A stretch of DNA of 58,420 nucleotides from Candidatus Eiseniibacteriota bacterium (GCA_044223135.1 JBGAMH010000002.1:1-58420); one strand, 5' to 3'. Shown: positions 35,998 to 46,043, counted from the first letter of the stretch. Notes: generated by a model from the letters alone, not told the origin. Translations and numbers: made by a program.

Positions 35998-36010
35998 TGT
36001 AGGACTTACA
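35998..36010. promoter_or_regulatory. TGTA-N5-TACA palindrome (candidate enhancer/UAS)
   Basis: TGTAGGACTTACA. Its centre is ~106 nt upstream of the GG of the 35899 promoter. A second CGTGTA lies 21 nt away (35975). Confidence 0.45.
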
Positions 36011-36086
36011 AAGACGACGGGCGCCGGGTTCTGCCCCCGGCGCCCGCCGCTGACTCCTCGGCGGCCGCTGCCGCCGGTCCTGCGTC

Positions 36087-37226
36087 CTACTCGAGCACGT
36101 GGATGTTCTTCTTCGCGCAGATGTCCTTGAGTTGCTTCGGCCACACCGTGACGCTGACTTCGCCCAGGTGGGCCTTGCGCAGCAGCAGCATCGTGGTGCG
36201 CGACTGGCCGATGCCGCCGCCGATCGAGAGCGGGATCTGGTCGTTCAGGATCGCCTGGTGGTACGGCAGCTTCAGGAAGTCGAGCTGCTTCGAGATCTCG
36301 AGCTGCTGCTTGAGCGTGTCCTTGGTCACGCGCACGCCCATCGACGTCAGCTCGTGGCGCCGCTTCGTGACCGGGTTCCACACCAGGATGTCGCCGTTCA
36401 GCCCGTGCATCGGGCGGCCGTCGTCACTCGTGGTGGGCGTCACCCAGTCGTCGTAGTCGGCCGCGCGCATCTCGTGCGGGTAGCCGTCCTTCAGCACCCA
36501 GCCGATGCCGATGATGAACACCGCCGCGTGCTTCTCCGACAGCACCTTCGTCTCCCGCTGCTTGCGCGGCAGGTCGGGGTACATGTCGAGCAGGTCCTCG
36601 GCATGGAGGAACGTGAGCTCGTCGGGCAGGTTCGGGTACTTCGGGTTGCGGAGCTTGGGGAACTCCGACTGGATGAACACCTCGGCGCCCTTGATCACCT
36701 TCCAGATGCGCCGCACGGTGTCCTTGAGCGTGCCGAGCGTGCGCTGTTCGGCGGTGATGCGTTTCTCCCAGTCCCACTGGTCCACGTACGCGCTGTGGTC
36801 GTGGTCGAGGAAGTAGTCCTTGCGCACCGCGCGCATGTCGGTGCACAGGCCCTCGCCCACCTCGCACTGGAACTCGCGCAGGGCCATCCGCTTCCACTTC
36901 GTGGCCGCCTGCACCACCTGCGTGTCGATGCGCTTCTCGAGCCCGAGTCCGCAGGGGAACTCGATCGGCGTGCGCGATCCGTCACGATCGAGGTAGTCGT
37001 TCACGCCGCTCTCGCGACTCACGATGAGCGGCACTTCGACGGGGAACAGGTTCAGTTCCTTGCACAGGTTGTCGAGGATGTAGCGCTTGAGCGCGTGCAG
37101 CGCGTGCTGCGTTTCCTTGGGGCTCAGCAGCGAGGTGTAGTCGGAGGGGAGGATCTTCTCCACTTCCTCGTACGTGCTGATGCCGGGGCCGGCCAGGTCG
37201 GCCTGCTTGGACAGCGTGGTGGCCAT
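36087..37226 (-). CDS. asnA: Aspartate--ammonia ligase (asparagine synthetase A)
   Basis: Internal ATG at 37226 preceded by GGAGG. The C-terminal PLSIGGGIGQSRTTMLLLRKAHLGEV matches the AsnA signature, with a class-II aaRS-like core (DQWDWEK, FIIGIG). Confidence 0.85.
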   Translation of the reverse strand: MATTLSKQADLAGPGISTYEEVEKILPSDYTSLLSPKETQHALHALKRYILDNLCKELNLFPVEVPLIVSRESGVNDYLDRDGSRTPIEFPCGLGLEKRIDTQVVQAATKWKRMALREFQCEVGEGLCTDMRAVRKDYFLDHDHSAYVDQWDWEKRITAEQRTLGTLKDTVRRIWKVIKGAEVFIQSEFPKLRNPKYPNLPDELTFLHAEDLLDMYPDLPRKQRETKVLSEKHAAVFIIGIGWVLKDGYPHEMRAADYDDWVTPTTSDDGRPMHGLNGDILVWNPVTKRRHELTSMGVRVTKDTLKQQLEISKQLDFLKLPYHQAILNDQIPLSIGGGIGQSRTTMLLLRKAHLGEVSVTVWPKQLKDICAKKNIHVLE

Positions 37227-37485
37227 GAAAGACCTCCGTGCGAAGGTCCGTCGTCCGGGCGCCGGAACTCGCGGCGAGCCCGCGACGGCACGGGGGCGAA
37301 TCGTGGCATCGCGCATGCCCCGTGGCCTTCCGCGTTCTGCCGGCGGATGCGGCGCGCGAACTCCGCGCCAGTTGCGACTTGCCCACGGGGACGCGCACCG
37401 CGCCCGCGCCAGGCGCGGCCCGTCCTGCTGCCAGACTGACGCGAGCGGATGACAGACGCGCCGGACGCGGACGCCCGGGCGCCCC

Positions 37486-38697
37486 CTACCCGACCTTCGC
37501 CCGGTAGGCCTCGAGCGCCGCGGCCAGCACCTTCATCGCGCTGCGCAGCTTCGCCTCCTCGAGCACGTACGCCAGCCGCACCTCGTCCTTGCCCAGCCCG
37601 GGCGTGGCGTAGAAGCCGTCGAGTGGCGCCACCATCACGGTCTCGCCGTCCAGGTGGAAGTCCTTCAGCAGGAAGATGGCGAAGGCGTTCGCGTCGTCCA
37701 CGGGCAGCTTCGCGCACGAGTAGAACGCGCCCTCGGGCCGGCGCGCGATCACGCCCGGAAGCGCGGCGAGCCCCTCGGCCACGACGTTGCGGCGCTTCTG
37801 GTACTCGGCGATGACGCCCTGCGTGTACGCGTCGGGCACCTCGGTCAGCGCCGTGCACGCGAACTGCTCCAGCGTGGGCGGGCACAGCCGCGCCTGCCCC
37901 ATGCGCAGGATCGCGTCCATGAACGCGCGGTTGCGGCTCACGATGTTGCCGATGCGGGCGCCGCACAGCGAATAGCGCTTGCTCACGCTGTCCACCACGA
38001 TCACGCGGTCGTCGAGCCCCTGCAGCGTGAGCACCGAGCGGTGCTTCAGGCCGTCGTACGTGAACTCGCGGTACACCTCGTCCGCCACCAGGTAGAGGCC
38101 GCGGTCGCGGCAGATCGCCGCGAGCGTCTCGATCTCGGCGTCGGCGTACACGGTGCCGGTGGGGTTGTTCGGCGAGCACACCAGGATCGCGCGCGTGCGC
38201 GGGCCGATCTTCTTCTCGATCTCCGCGCGCGGCGGCAGGTGGAAGCCGTCCTCGGCGCGCGTGGTCACCGGCACCACGTTCACGCCCAGCATGGCCGCGA
38301 AGCCGTTGTAGTTGGTGTAGAACGGTTCGAACACCAGCACTTCGTCACCGGCGTCGCACAGCGCGGCGAGCGTGAACGCGATCGCCTCGCTGCCCGCGGT
38401 GGTCACGAACACGTCCTCGGCGGCCAGTTGCACGCCCGCGGACTTCGCGTAGTACCAGCGCAGCGCATCGATGAACTCGGGCAGCCCCTGCGACGGGCCG
38501 TACGGCACGTAGGTGTCCTTGTACGCGGCGAAGCGCGCGAGGATCTCCTTCGGCGTCGGGATGTCGGGCTGGCCGATGTTGAGCCCGTGCACGACACGCC
38601 CGGCCTTGCGGGCTTCCACGGCGTAGGGCGCGAGGCGCCGGATGGGCGACGCGGGCATGTCGGCGGCGCGCTGGGACAGCTTGAGTGGAGCGGACAT
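37486..38697 (-). CDS. Class I/II PLP-dependent aminotransferase (aspartate/aromatic aminotransferase-like)
   Basis: Internal ATG at 38697 preceded by GAGGA. Motifs MPASPIRRL, NIGQPD, SPNNPTG, SVSKRYSLCGARIG. Confidence 0.85.
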   Translation of the reverse strand: MSAPLKLSQRAADMPASPIRRLAPYAVEARKAGRVVHGLNIGQPDIPTPKEILARFAAYKDTYVPYGPSQGLPEFIDALRWYYAKSAGVQLAAEDVFVTTAGSEAIAFTLAALCDAGDEVLVFEPFYTNYNGFAAMLGVNVVPVTTRAEDGFHLPPRAEIEKKIGPRTRAILVCSPNNPTGTVYADAEIETLAAICRDRGLYLVADEVYREFTYDGLKHRSVLTLQGLDDRVIVVDSVSKRYSLCGARIGNIVSRNRAFMDAILRMGQARLCPPTLEQFACTALTEVPDAYTQGVIAEYQKRRNVVAEGLAALPGVIARRPEGAFYSCAKLPVDDANAFAIFLLKDFHLDGETVMVAPLDGFYATPGLGKDEVRLAYVLEEAKLRSAMKVLAAALEAYRAKVG

Positions 38698-38753
38698 GGG
38701 GTCCTCGGGCACGAGGCGGCGGATCGCGTCGGACGGGCGGAGCGCCGCGGAGT

Positions 38754-40431
38754 CTACTCCGGGCCGTTCGCGCCCTCCAACATGCGGATCTGCATTTCGA
38801 GCGTGTCGAGCGCGGCCCGATTGCGATCGTCGAGCCCGCCGCGCGCCCGCATGCGCGCCACCATCCGCCGCGCCGAGTCGGGCTGCCCGGCGTACATCCA
38901 CGCGATGATCGTGTGCGTGCCGCGCCCCGGCGACGGCACCAGGTCCCAGCTCGCCTTCAGAAGCCGCGCGGCGAGCGGCGCGTCCCCCTGGTCCATCGCG
39001 CGGTTGCCGTAGAACAGGTACACGGACGAGCGTTGCACGGCGCCCAGTTCGGGCTGCCCCGTGGCCAGCGCCTCGATGCGGCGCAGCGACGCGTGCAGGT
39101 CGGCGTTCACGGCCACCCAGCCGCCGGCGCCGATCACCAGCACGGGCAGCGCCGCGATCAGTGCCCCGCGCAACCGCGCGGCCGGCAGGTGCGACAACAG
39201 CACCGCTCCGGCCAGCGTGAGCGTGAGCCCGAGCACGATGCTCAGGTCCCAGTCGCGATGCACGCCCAGCCCGCTGCCCGCCACCGGCAGCGGGAACGCC
39301 AGCGGCACGTACAGCACGGCCGTGATCAGCAGCCACGCGGCGCGCGGATCGCGCACGAACGCACGGCGCGCCTCGGCGCCCGCCAGCACGGGCGCGGCAA
39401 TGGCGAGCGGCGCCGAGAGCAGCGCCAGGTTCACCAGGTCGGTGGGCAGCGAGCGCCACGTGTCGGGCGCGGGCCACTGCAGCAGCTCGCGGGCGTCGGC
39501 CGCGAGCTGGCCGCCGCCCGCGCGCAGCCCCGCGAGCACCACGAGCGCGGCGGACAGCACGACCAGGCCCAGCGCCTGCCGGCGAGCAGGCGTGGCGTCG
39601 CCGGGCAGCGGCGGCCCGAGCAGCCGCCACGCGCTGGGCACCAGCAGCAGCAGCGCGGTGCGGTGCGAGAACGCCGCGAGCAGCCATGCACCCGCGAGCA
39701 GGGCCGCGTCGCGCGGCGTGGCGACCGGCCGCAGCATCGCCAGCCACCAGGCGAGCGCCGTCAGCAGCGTGAGCCCCGCCGACTCGGCGTAGCCCGCGTA
39801 CGCCTGCAGGCCACCCCACGCGACCAGTGCCAGCCACATGCCCCACGTCGCGTCGCGGCCGGCGTCGAGCCGCCGCGCGATCGCCCACGCGCACGCGAGC
39901 GCCGGCACCGCGAGCAGCCACGACACGATCGACACGGTGGTGGCGATCGAGTTCGTCGACTGCAGCAGCCGCACCGGCAGCAGCAGGTTCATCGCCAGGT
40001 CCACGGGTTGCGCGTGGATCTGCCGCGCCCACGCCGACAGCGGCTGCGCGTACGTGCCGCGCACGAAGTTGATCATCGCGCCCTGCCGCGTGGCCGTGTC
40101 GCCCAGCAGGTGCAGCATCTCGCGCAGCAGAACGCCACGACGGTGGCGATCGCGAGCGCCGCCACGGCCGGCGCCACGGCTCGCGCGGCGCACGCCAGGC
40201 GAGCACCGCCGCGCCCGCCGCGGCGAACGCCAGCAGCAGCGCCACGGTGGGTGTCACCGAGCGCAGTCCGTTCACGGCCCAGAACGCGTTGTGCGCCGCC
40301 GGCGCCAGCAGGAACAGCGCGAGCCACGCCGCCAGCAGCACCAGCGCGGGCGCGCCCGGTCGCTCGGCGGGAGGCGCGGCCGCCGGCGGCTCCGCGCGCG
40401 GCGGCTCAGGCGCGGTGACGTCGGTGTTCAT
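38754..40431 (-). pseudogene. Polytopic membrane protein with TPR-like C-terminal domain; reading frame apparently broken near 40120-40200
   Basis: High-GC3 coding starts at ATG 40431 (MNTDVTAPEP...LVLLAAWLALFLLAPAAHNAFWAV...AAGAAVLAW). The coding signal then moves to a second frame (AVAPAVAALAIATVVAF) and to a third (LLREMLHLLGDTATRQGAMINFVRG...), which runs to the stop at 38754. This is either a disrupted gene or assembly indels. Alternatively the gene starts internally at ATG 40118. Confidence 0.5.
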
Positions 40432-40434
40432 GCG

Positions 40435-42291
40435 CTACTTGGTCGCCATGCCCGAGGCGATCATCACCGTGATGACGATGGCCATCAGGCTCTCGCCCGC
40501 GATCAGGCCCGACGCCACGGGCACCACGTACGTGTCGGCCACCTTCGGTCGCGTCTTCTCGATCACGAGCACGATCAACGCGCCCACGAACATGGAGACC
40601 GAGTTGAAGCCCTGCACCACGAACGCCAGGCCGAGCCCCATCGCCGACGGGATGTACGGCCGCGCCTTCGGGAACGCGCGCTCCAGCAGCGGCAGCACGA
40701 GCCCCACGAGCGCGCCGATGCCCGCGCCGATCAGCGCGGTGCGCGGCACCGAGTCGATGCCCTTGGACAGCAGCTCCGCCACGGCCTTCCACACCTGCGC
40801 CGGCGGCGCGGGGAACTTCTCCGAGCCGAGCACGTCGGCCGTGGGCACGAGGTACTTCCAGCCGATTCCCACCGCGAGCGCACCGGGCAGGATGCCGGCC
40901 ACCTGCGCGATGAACTGCTTGCGTGCGTTCGCGCCCAGCAGGTAGCCGCTCTTCAGGTCGGTGAGCAGGTCGGCCGCGCAACCGGCCGCGTTCGCGGTGA
41001 CCGACGCGGTCATGATGTTCGTGGTCATGTTCGCCGGCGCGATCATGCCGTACGTGAGCTGCACGACCTTGCCCATGGCGCCGGTCGGCGTGGTGTCGGT
41101 CTCCCCCGTCGCGCGGCAGGCCACCAGCGACAGTGGCAGCGTGAGCGCCACGGCCAGCAGGCTCATCCACCAGTGCACGTGCCAGATCGTGCCGAGCATG
41201 TACGTCACGATCGCCGTGGACACCGCGACGCCGATCACCACCCACGACGTCGGCACCTCGATGTGCTCGAGCGGGTCCTTCGCGGCGGGCGCCTTGCCGC
41301 CGAGCATCGCGCCGATCCCCGCGAAGGCGCGCACGATCGCGCCGCCGTTCAGCAGCAGCAGCATCAGGCTCGACACCACCATGATCGAGACACCGGTCCA
41401 CAGGCTCCATCGCGTGATGTCGCGGAAGCCGATGCCCACGGCCGGGTTCGACGCCACGATGTCGCCGCGCTGGATCGCCGCCGGCACCAGCATCGCGTAG
41501 TTGATCAGCGCGCCCAGCAGCATGCTCCACGCCACGCGGAAGCCCATGATCGCGCCCGAGGCCATCAGGAGGAGGCCCATGTCCCACTGCAGCGTGAGCG
41601 TGCTCAGCGGAATGCCGCGGATGGCCAGGCTCCCGAACGGCACGCTGGCCGGCATGTTCCACGGCATGAACGTGAACGTGGCGTCGCGGATCCACGCCAC
41701 CACGCCGCCGACCACGCCGGCGATGCCGAGCGAGCGCGCCTTCGCCATCGCGTCGCCGCCCGAGGCGTGCAGGCTGCGCAGCGTCTCGGCCGCGGCCGTG
41801 CCGCTGGGGAACTTGAGCTGCTCGATGTTGATCATCTGCCGCTTCATCGGCACGGCGATGACCACGCCCAGGATCGCCAGCGCCACGTTCCAGAAGAACA
41901 GCGTCCAGAACGGCATCGGCTTGCCCGTGATCATCATCATGGCCGCGATCGCCGACACCATGGTGCCGCCCACCGAGTAGCCGGCCGCCGACGCCGTGGA
42001 CTGCATGCAGTTGTTCTCGAGGATCGTGAAGTCGGTCTTGACCAGCCCCACGCCGCGCAGTCCGCGCCAGATCGCGAACGACATGATGCACGCGGTGATC
42101 GCCACGCCCAGCGCCCAGCCGATCTTGAGGCCCACGTAGATGTTCGTGAGGCTCATCACGCAACCGAGAAGCGATCCCATGATGATCGCGCGCCACGTGA
42201 GCTGCGGCATCGAGTCGCCGGAGCCCTTGTAGACGTTCTCGTACCAGTCGCGTTCGATCTCTTCGGCGCTGCGAACGGGCTCGGCGGACAT
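40435..42291 (-). CDS. OPT-family oligopeptide transporter
   Basis: Internal ATG at 42291 preceded by GGAGGA. Sequence QLTWRAIIMGSLLGCVMSLTNIYVGLKIGWALGVAITACIMSFAI... 618 aa, multi-TM. It is a second OPT paralogue in the window. Confidence 0.85.
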   Translation of the reverse strand: MSAEPVRSAEEIERDWYENVYKGSGDSMPQLTWRAIIMGSLLGCVMSLTNIYVGLKIGWALGVAITACIMSFAIWRGLRGVGLVKTDFTILENNCMQSTASAAGYSVGGTMVSAIAAMMMITGKPMPFWTLFFWNVALAILGVVIAVPMKRQMINIEQLKFPSGTAAAETLRSLHASGGDAMAKARSLGIAGVVGGVVAWIRDATFTFMPWNMPASVPFGSLAIRGIPLSTLTLQWDMGLLLMASGAIMGFRVAWSMLLGALINYAMLVPAAIQRGDIVASNPAVGIGFRDITRWSLWTGVSIMVVSSLMLLLLNGGAIVRAFAGIGAMLGGKAPAAKDPLEHIEVPTSWVVIGVAVSTAIVTYMLGTIWHVHWWMSLLAVALTLPLSLVACRATGETDTTPTGAMGKVVQLTYGMIAPANMTTNIMTASVTANAAGCAADLLTDLKSGYLLGANARKQFIAQVAGILPGALAVGIGWKYLVPTADVLGSEKFPAPPAQVWKAVAELLSKGIDSVPRTALIGAGIGALVGLVLPLLERAFPKARPYIPSAMGLGLAFVVQGFNSVSMFVGALIVLVIEKTRPKVADTYVVPVASGLIAGESLMAIVITVMIASGMATK

Positions 42292-42455
42292 CGCGGGGTT
42301 CCTCCGGACTCGGCTCGTGGCGGGCCCGGACGGTCGACGCGTCCGCGGCCGGCGAGGGCGCAATGTAGCCCATGGCGTGCGCGAGTGCGTGTTCACCCGG
42401 ACGAGAACGGCCGCCGGCGCGACGGGCGTCCACCGGCGGCCGCTTCCTGCGTCCG

Positions 42456-44825
42456 TCAGTGCACGCGCAGCAGCTTCTGCGTGCTCGTGCGGCCCTCGGA
42501 CTCCAGGCGGCAGAAGTAGAGCCCCGTCCCCACCGTGTGCCCGGCAGCGTCGGCTCCATTCCACGACAGCTCGTGCGGCCCCGCCGATCGCACCCCGTCC
42601 TCGAGCCCCGCGATCCGGCGCCCGGCCACGTCGTAGATCGCGGCGCTCACGTGCGCCGCGTGCGCGAGCGTGTACGACAGCCGCGTGACCCCGCGCGCCG
42701 GATTGGGCACGGGCGCGCCCAGCGCGAGCGCGGCGCTCGCCGGCACCGGGTCCACCGCGGTCGTGGGGCCGCTGCTGAAGTCGAACTGCAGGCTCCACAG
42801 GTCCTTCAGCGGGTAGTCGTTTCCGAAGATCGTGAACGGCGGCATCAGGCCACCGAACACCAGCATGCGATCGCCCGTCGAGTCGTAGACCGCGGCGTGC
42901 GTGTAGCGCTGGATCGGAAGCCCCGTCGCCGTCACCGCCGACGCGAGCGCCCGCCACGCCGGCGTCGCCGGCGCGAGGTCCAGTTCCCACACCACCCGCA
43001 TGTCCGGGATGCTCAGGCTCCCGCCGCCCCACACGAGCATGCGCTCCCGCCGCGAATCGTAGACGGCCGTGTGCTGGTAGCGCCCCGGCGGCGGCGTGCC
43101 GGTGGGCAGCAGGTGCGTCCACGTGAGCGCGGGCAGGTTCAGCGCCCATACGTCGTTGTCCGACGTGGAGCCGATACTGTCGGTGCCCGCGAACACGATC
43201 ATGCGGTGCTTCCGCTCGTCGTAGATCGCCGTGTGGTACTGCCGGCCCGTGGGCCCACCCGGTGCGACGATCGGGCTCCACGCCGGGGTCGGCGAGAGGC
43301 GCAGTTCCCACAGGTCGCCGCGCGGGTAGCCGCTCACGTCGGAACCGCCGAACACGATCATGCGGTCACCGATCGGATCGTAGACCGCTGCGCTGCCGTA
43401 GCGCGGCGTGGGCGGAGTGCCGGAAGGCGTCAGCAGGTTCCAGTGGTTGAGCGGGAAGTACTCGGTCTGCATGGCCCACACCGCGTTGGAACGGCTGTAG
43501 TCCGGGGCCATGCCGCCGAACAGCAGCATCCGGCCGCGCGCCTCGTCCCACACCGCGGAATGCCGCGTCACGGCCGGCGGCTCGTCGAACGTGGTGCGCC
43601 AGGCCCCCTCGTTGATCCAGCCGCGCGGGCCGCCGAGCGAGTACGACCACGTGCTGTTCACGGGCGTCCCCGACTCGTTCGCCCCGCACGCCAGCCAGGC
43701 CACGTCGTGCGCGCGGTCCAGCACGAACGTGGACGACGCGCGCAGTTCGCCGAGCAGGCCCGGATCGCGCCAGTTCTGCCAGTAGCTGTTGCCCGGGGCG
43801 TAGTGGAACTCGAAGACGTTCGTGCCCTCGGGGCCGTCGAGCACCAGGAACTGCGCCCCTCCGGGCACCCACACGCCCAGTGGCCGCGCGTGCCCCACCG
43901 GTCCCGCCTGCCAGTTGGTGTTCGGCTCGATCGTCCACTGGAGCGTGGACATCGACAGCGAGCGCACCTCGTCGTCGCTGCCGTTGCCGCCCCACAGCAG
44001 GAACAGGTCGTCGTCCGCGTCGTAGGCGCCGAAGTGGTTGCTGCAGCCCGCCGGCACGTCGCCCGAAACGGCCAGCTCCGTCCAGACGTGGGTCGTGCCG
44101 TTCATCGTGTACGCGTCGTTCAGGTCGGAGGAGCCGTCGTTGCCCCCGAACAGGATCGCGCGATCGTGCGCCGCGTCCAGGCACAGCGTGAGCCCGTACC
44201 GCGCCGACGGCGTGTCGCCGTTCGGAGCGATCGCGGTCCACGCGGGCGTGGGCGCGCCGAGGTCGAGTTGGTGGATCCGGTCCGCGGAGGGCGCACCGAG
44301 GCTGTCCTTGCCGCCGAACACGAGCAGCACCTGGCGCGACTCGTCGAAGCACGCGCCGAAAGACGAGCGCGGGCTCGGCGCCGGGCCCGTGGTGGCGACG
44401 AGCGACCACGACGGAGGCGAGTTCCACAGCTCGAGCTGCCACACCTGGTTCGTCGAGTGGTCCGCCGCGTCGCGGCCGCCGAACGCAATCAGCCGGTCGT
44501 TCACACCGTCGTACGAGAGCGACAACCCCGAGAGCGGCGGCGGAGCGGTGCCCGTGGTCGACACGTTGACCCACTCGCTCGGCGGGCCGTCCACCGACGT
44601 GGCGTGCAGGACGTTCGTGCCGTCACCGCCGAACACGTAGAACAGCCGCCGGGCGCCGTCGTACGCCGCGGCACCACCCAACTGGGGCGGAGGCGAGATG
44701 CGCTCCCAGGTGCCGGCCGGCCCCGCGTGCACAGCGGAGCCGCCGAGAGCGAGGGCGAGCGCGAACCCGCCGGCGAAGAGCGTCCCGAACCGGGTCGGAA
44801 GGGTGCGGCGTGCGTCGCGGTGCAT
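42456..44825 (-). CDS. Secreted Kelch-repeat protein (probably two beta-propellers) with C-terminal FlgD-Ig/T9SS-like domain
   Basis: ATG preceded by AAGGAG. Signal-like FGTLFAGGFALALALGGSAVHA. Many units of the form R.GHSAVYD...RM.VFGG......NDVW.L.L....W. C-terminus reads AAIYDVAGRRIAGL...GLYFCRL...LLRVH. Confidence 0.85.
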   Translation of the reverse strand: MHRDARRTLPTRFGTLFAGGFALALALGGSAVHAGPAGTWERISPPPQLGGAAAYDGARRLFYVFGGDGTNVLHATSVDGPPSEWVNVSTTGTAPPPLSGLSLSYDGVNDRLIAFGGRDAADHSTNQVWQLELWNSPPSWSLVATTGPAPSPRSSFGACFDESRQVLLVFGGKDSLGAPSADRIHQLDLGAPTPAWTAIAPNGDTPSARYGLTLCLDAAHDRAILFGGNDGSSDLNDAYTMNGTTHVWTELAVSGDVPAGCSNHFGAYDADDDLFLLWGGNGSDDEVRSLSMSTLQWTIEPNTNWQAGPVGHARPLGVWVPGGAQFLVLDGPEGTNVFEFHYAPGNSYWQNWRDPGLLGELRASSTFVLDRAHDVAWLACGANESGTPVNSTWSYSLGGPRGWINEGAWRTTFDEPPAVTRHSAVWDEARGRMLLFGGMAPDYSRSNAVWAMQTEYFPLNHWNLLTPSGTPPTPRYGSAAVYDPIGDRMIVFGGSDVSGYPRGDLWELRLSPTPAWSPIVAPGGPTGRQYHTAIYDERKHRMIVFAGTDSIGSTSDNDVWALNLPALTWTHLLPTGTPPPGRYQHTAVYDSRRERMLVWGGGSLSIPDMRVVWELDLAPATPAWRALASAVTATGLPIQRYTHAAVYDSTGDRMLVFGGLMPPFTIFGNDYPLKDLWSLQFDFSSGPTTAVDPVPASAALALGAPVPNPARGVTRLSYTLAHAAHVSAAIYDVAGRRIAGLEDGVRSAGPHELSWNGADAAGHTVGTGLYFCRLESEGRTSTQKLLRVH

Positions 44826-45344
44826 GAACCACTCCTTTGAGGAGCCCGCTTCCCGGGGAGAGGCGGCGGAGAACGGAATGGAGCTCGGGAGTCGGGCGCG
44901 GCGTCCGCGCCCGGCCCGGGGCGGCCGCTACGCGAAGCGGGCCGCCCCTCCTGCCCGGAAGAGCGTCGAATCCCGGCGCGGGGGATCACTGGGCGCGCGG
45001 CCGGTCGGGTGGCACACACCCGGGTGGGCGGGCCGACGCGCCGGGCCGGGGCCGGGGATCGGCGCCGCGGCGTCCCAGATCTGCTCCGCGTGAAACTTCT
45101 ACCGCTCGGAGTCGAGCCTGCACGGCAGCGCGAGGAGGCGAGCGGCCACCGGAGATCCGCCGCGCACATCGGATTGGCGGATCCAGGCCTGCCGCCCGAA
45201 CTCGGGGCACGAAGCGTGCAGTTGCATGGGAGCACCGCCACGCCCTGGCGAGAGAGAACGCGCACCGCATGCACGAGCCCTCGCGATCGTGCTCACGACA
45301 CCGGCGCGCTCGCCGCCCGGACCCGTCTCGAAAGGACGCTCCAC

Positions 45345-45776
45345 ATGAAACGACTCCTCGTCGGCCTGCTCTGCGCCACGGCACTGGCCACGTCGGGATG
45401 CGCGTCGATGGGAACGTCCCCCGATACGCAGGTGCGCCGCGCACCGCCGCCGCCGAACCTGGCGTTCCGGGGCGCCCCGCGCTTCCGCTATCTCGAGGAT
45501 CGCCAGATCTCGGTGATCGCCGAGGACAACTTCGGATACGACCTGTTCCGCTCGGGCGAGAGCTACTACCTCTACAACGGCGGCTACTGGTACCACGCGC
45601 ACGACGTCGACGGACCGTTCGTCTCGGTGGACGCGCGCCGCGTCCCACGCCAGGTCTTCTACGTGAAGGACAACGAGTACCGCTGGCGCAATCATCCGAA
45701 CGGATGGCGCTCCGCGCGGCGCCGCGGAAACGACTCCCATCGCCCCGGCGGCGGTCCCGGCGGCCACGGGCACTGA
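45345..45776 (+). CDS. Putative lipoprotein (143 aa)
   Basis: Internal ATG at 45345 preceded by GAAAGGA. MKRLLVGLLCATALATSGC is lipobox-like. Aromatic-rich YYLYNGGYWYHAH and a Gly/His-rich tail. Confidence 0.65.
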   Translation: MKRLLVGLLCATALATSGCASMGTSPDTQVRRAPPPPNLAFRGAPRFRYLEDRQISVIAEDNFGYDLFRSGESYYLYNGGYWYHAHDVDGPFVSVDARRVPRQVFYVKDNEYRWRNHPNGWRSARRRGNDSHRPGGGPGGHGH

Positions 45777-45916
45777 GCTTCCCACGCGCGACGCCGAGCG
45801 CAACGACCCGGCTGGCCGGTCCGAAGGCCAGCGCCATCGCGGCAACCCGCCGACGGAACATGGCGGTCGCAATCCTTCCGTTCGCAACCGCCATCGTCAC
45901 GTCGCTGTTCCATAGG

Positions 45917-45949
45917 AAGCGGGCGCAGCCACCGGGCGCCCGCTTTTCA
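45917..45949 (+). terminator. Intrinsic terminator
   Basis: Perfect 10-bp stem AAGCGGGCGC / GCGCCCGCTT with a 9-nt loop, followed by TTTTCAAT. This is the clearest T-tract terminator in the window. Confidence 0.65.
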
Positions 45950-46043
45950 ATCGATCACCGCGATGCCGATGGAACGGCACGGGCCGCTCGAGCGCCGGAC
46001 ACCGCGGTGTCGTGACGCGCGCGGCCGGAATGGGAGACGTTCG

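Noticed and set aside
40073-40327. 84-aa ORF 40073..40327 (-) as an independent gene
   Set aside because: Only its middle (AVAPAVAALAIATVVAF) has coding character, and that stretch fits as a frame-shifted piece of the 38754..40431 membrane-protein gene.
45205-45220. Sigma54-like GGGCACGAAGCGTGCA upstream of the lipoprotein gene, and CGGCCTGTGGATTGCA at 4482
   Set aside because: They match only 8-9 of 11 positions, which is within chance expectation for this composition, and they lack a TGTA-N5-TACA partner. They are kept as weak possibilities only. A 9-bp inverted repeat, GGATCCGCC-N15-GGCGGATCC (45151-45183), lies just upstream of the 45205 site.
45859-46015. Short ORF MAVAILPFATAIVTSLFHRK... 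between the lipoprotein gene and the AsmA-family gene
   Set aside because: It has low GC3, no SD, and runs straight through the best intrinsic terminator in the window (45917-45949). It is probably non-coding.
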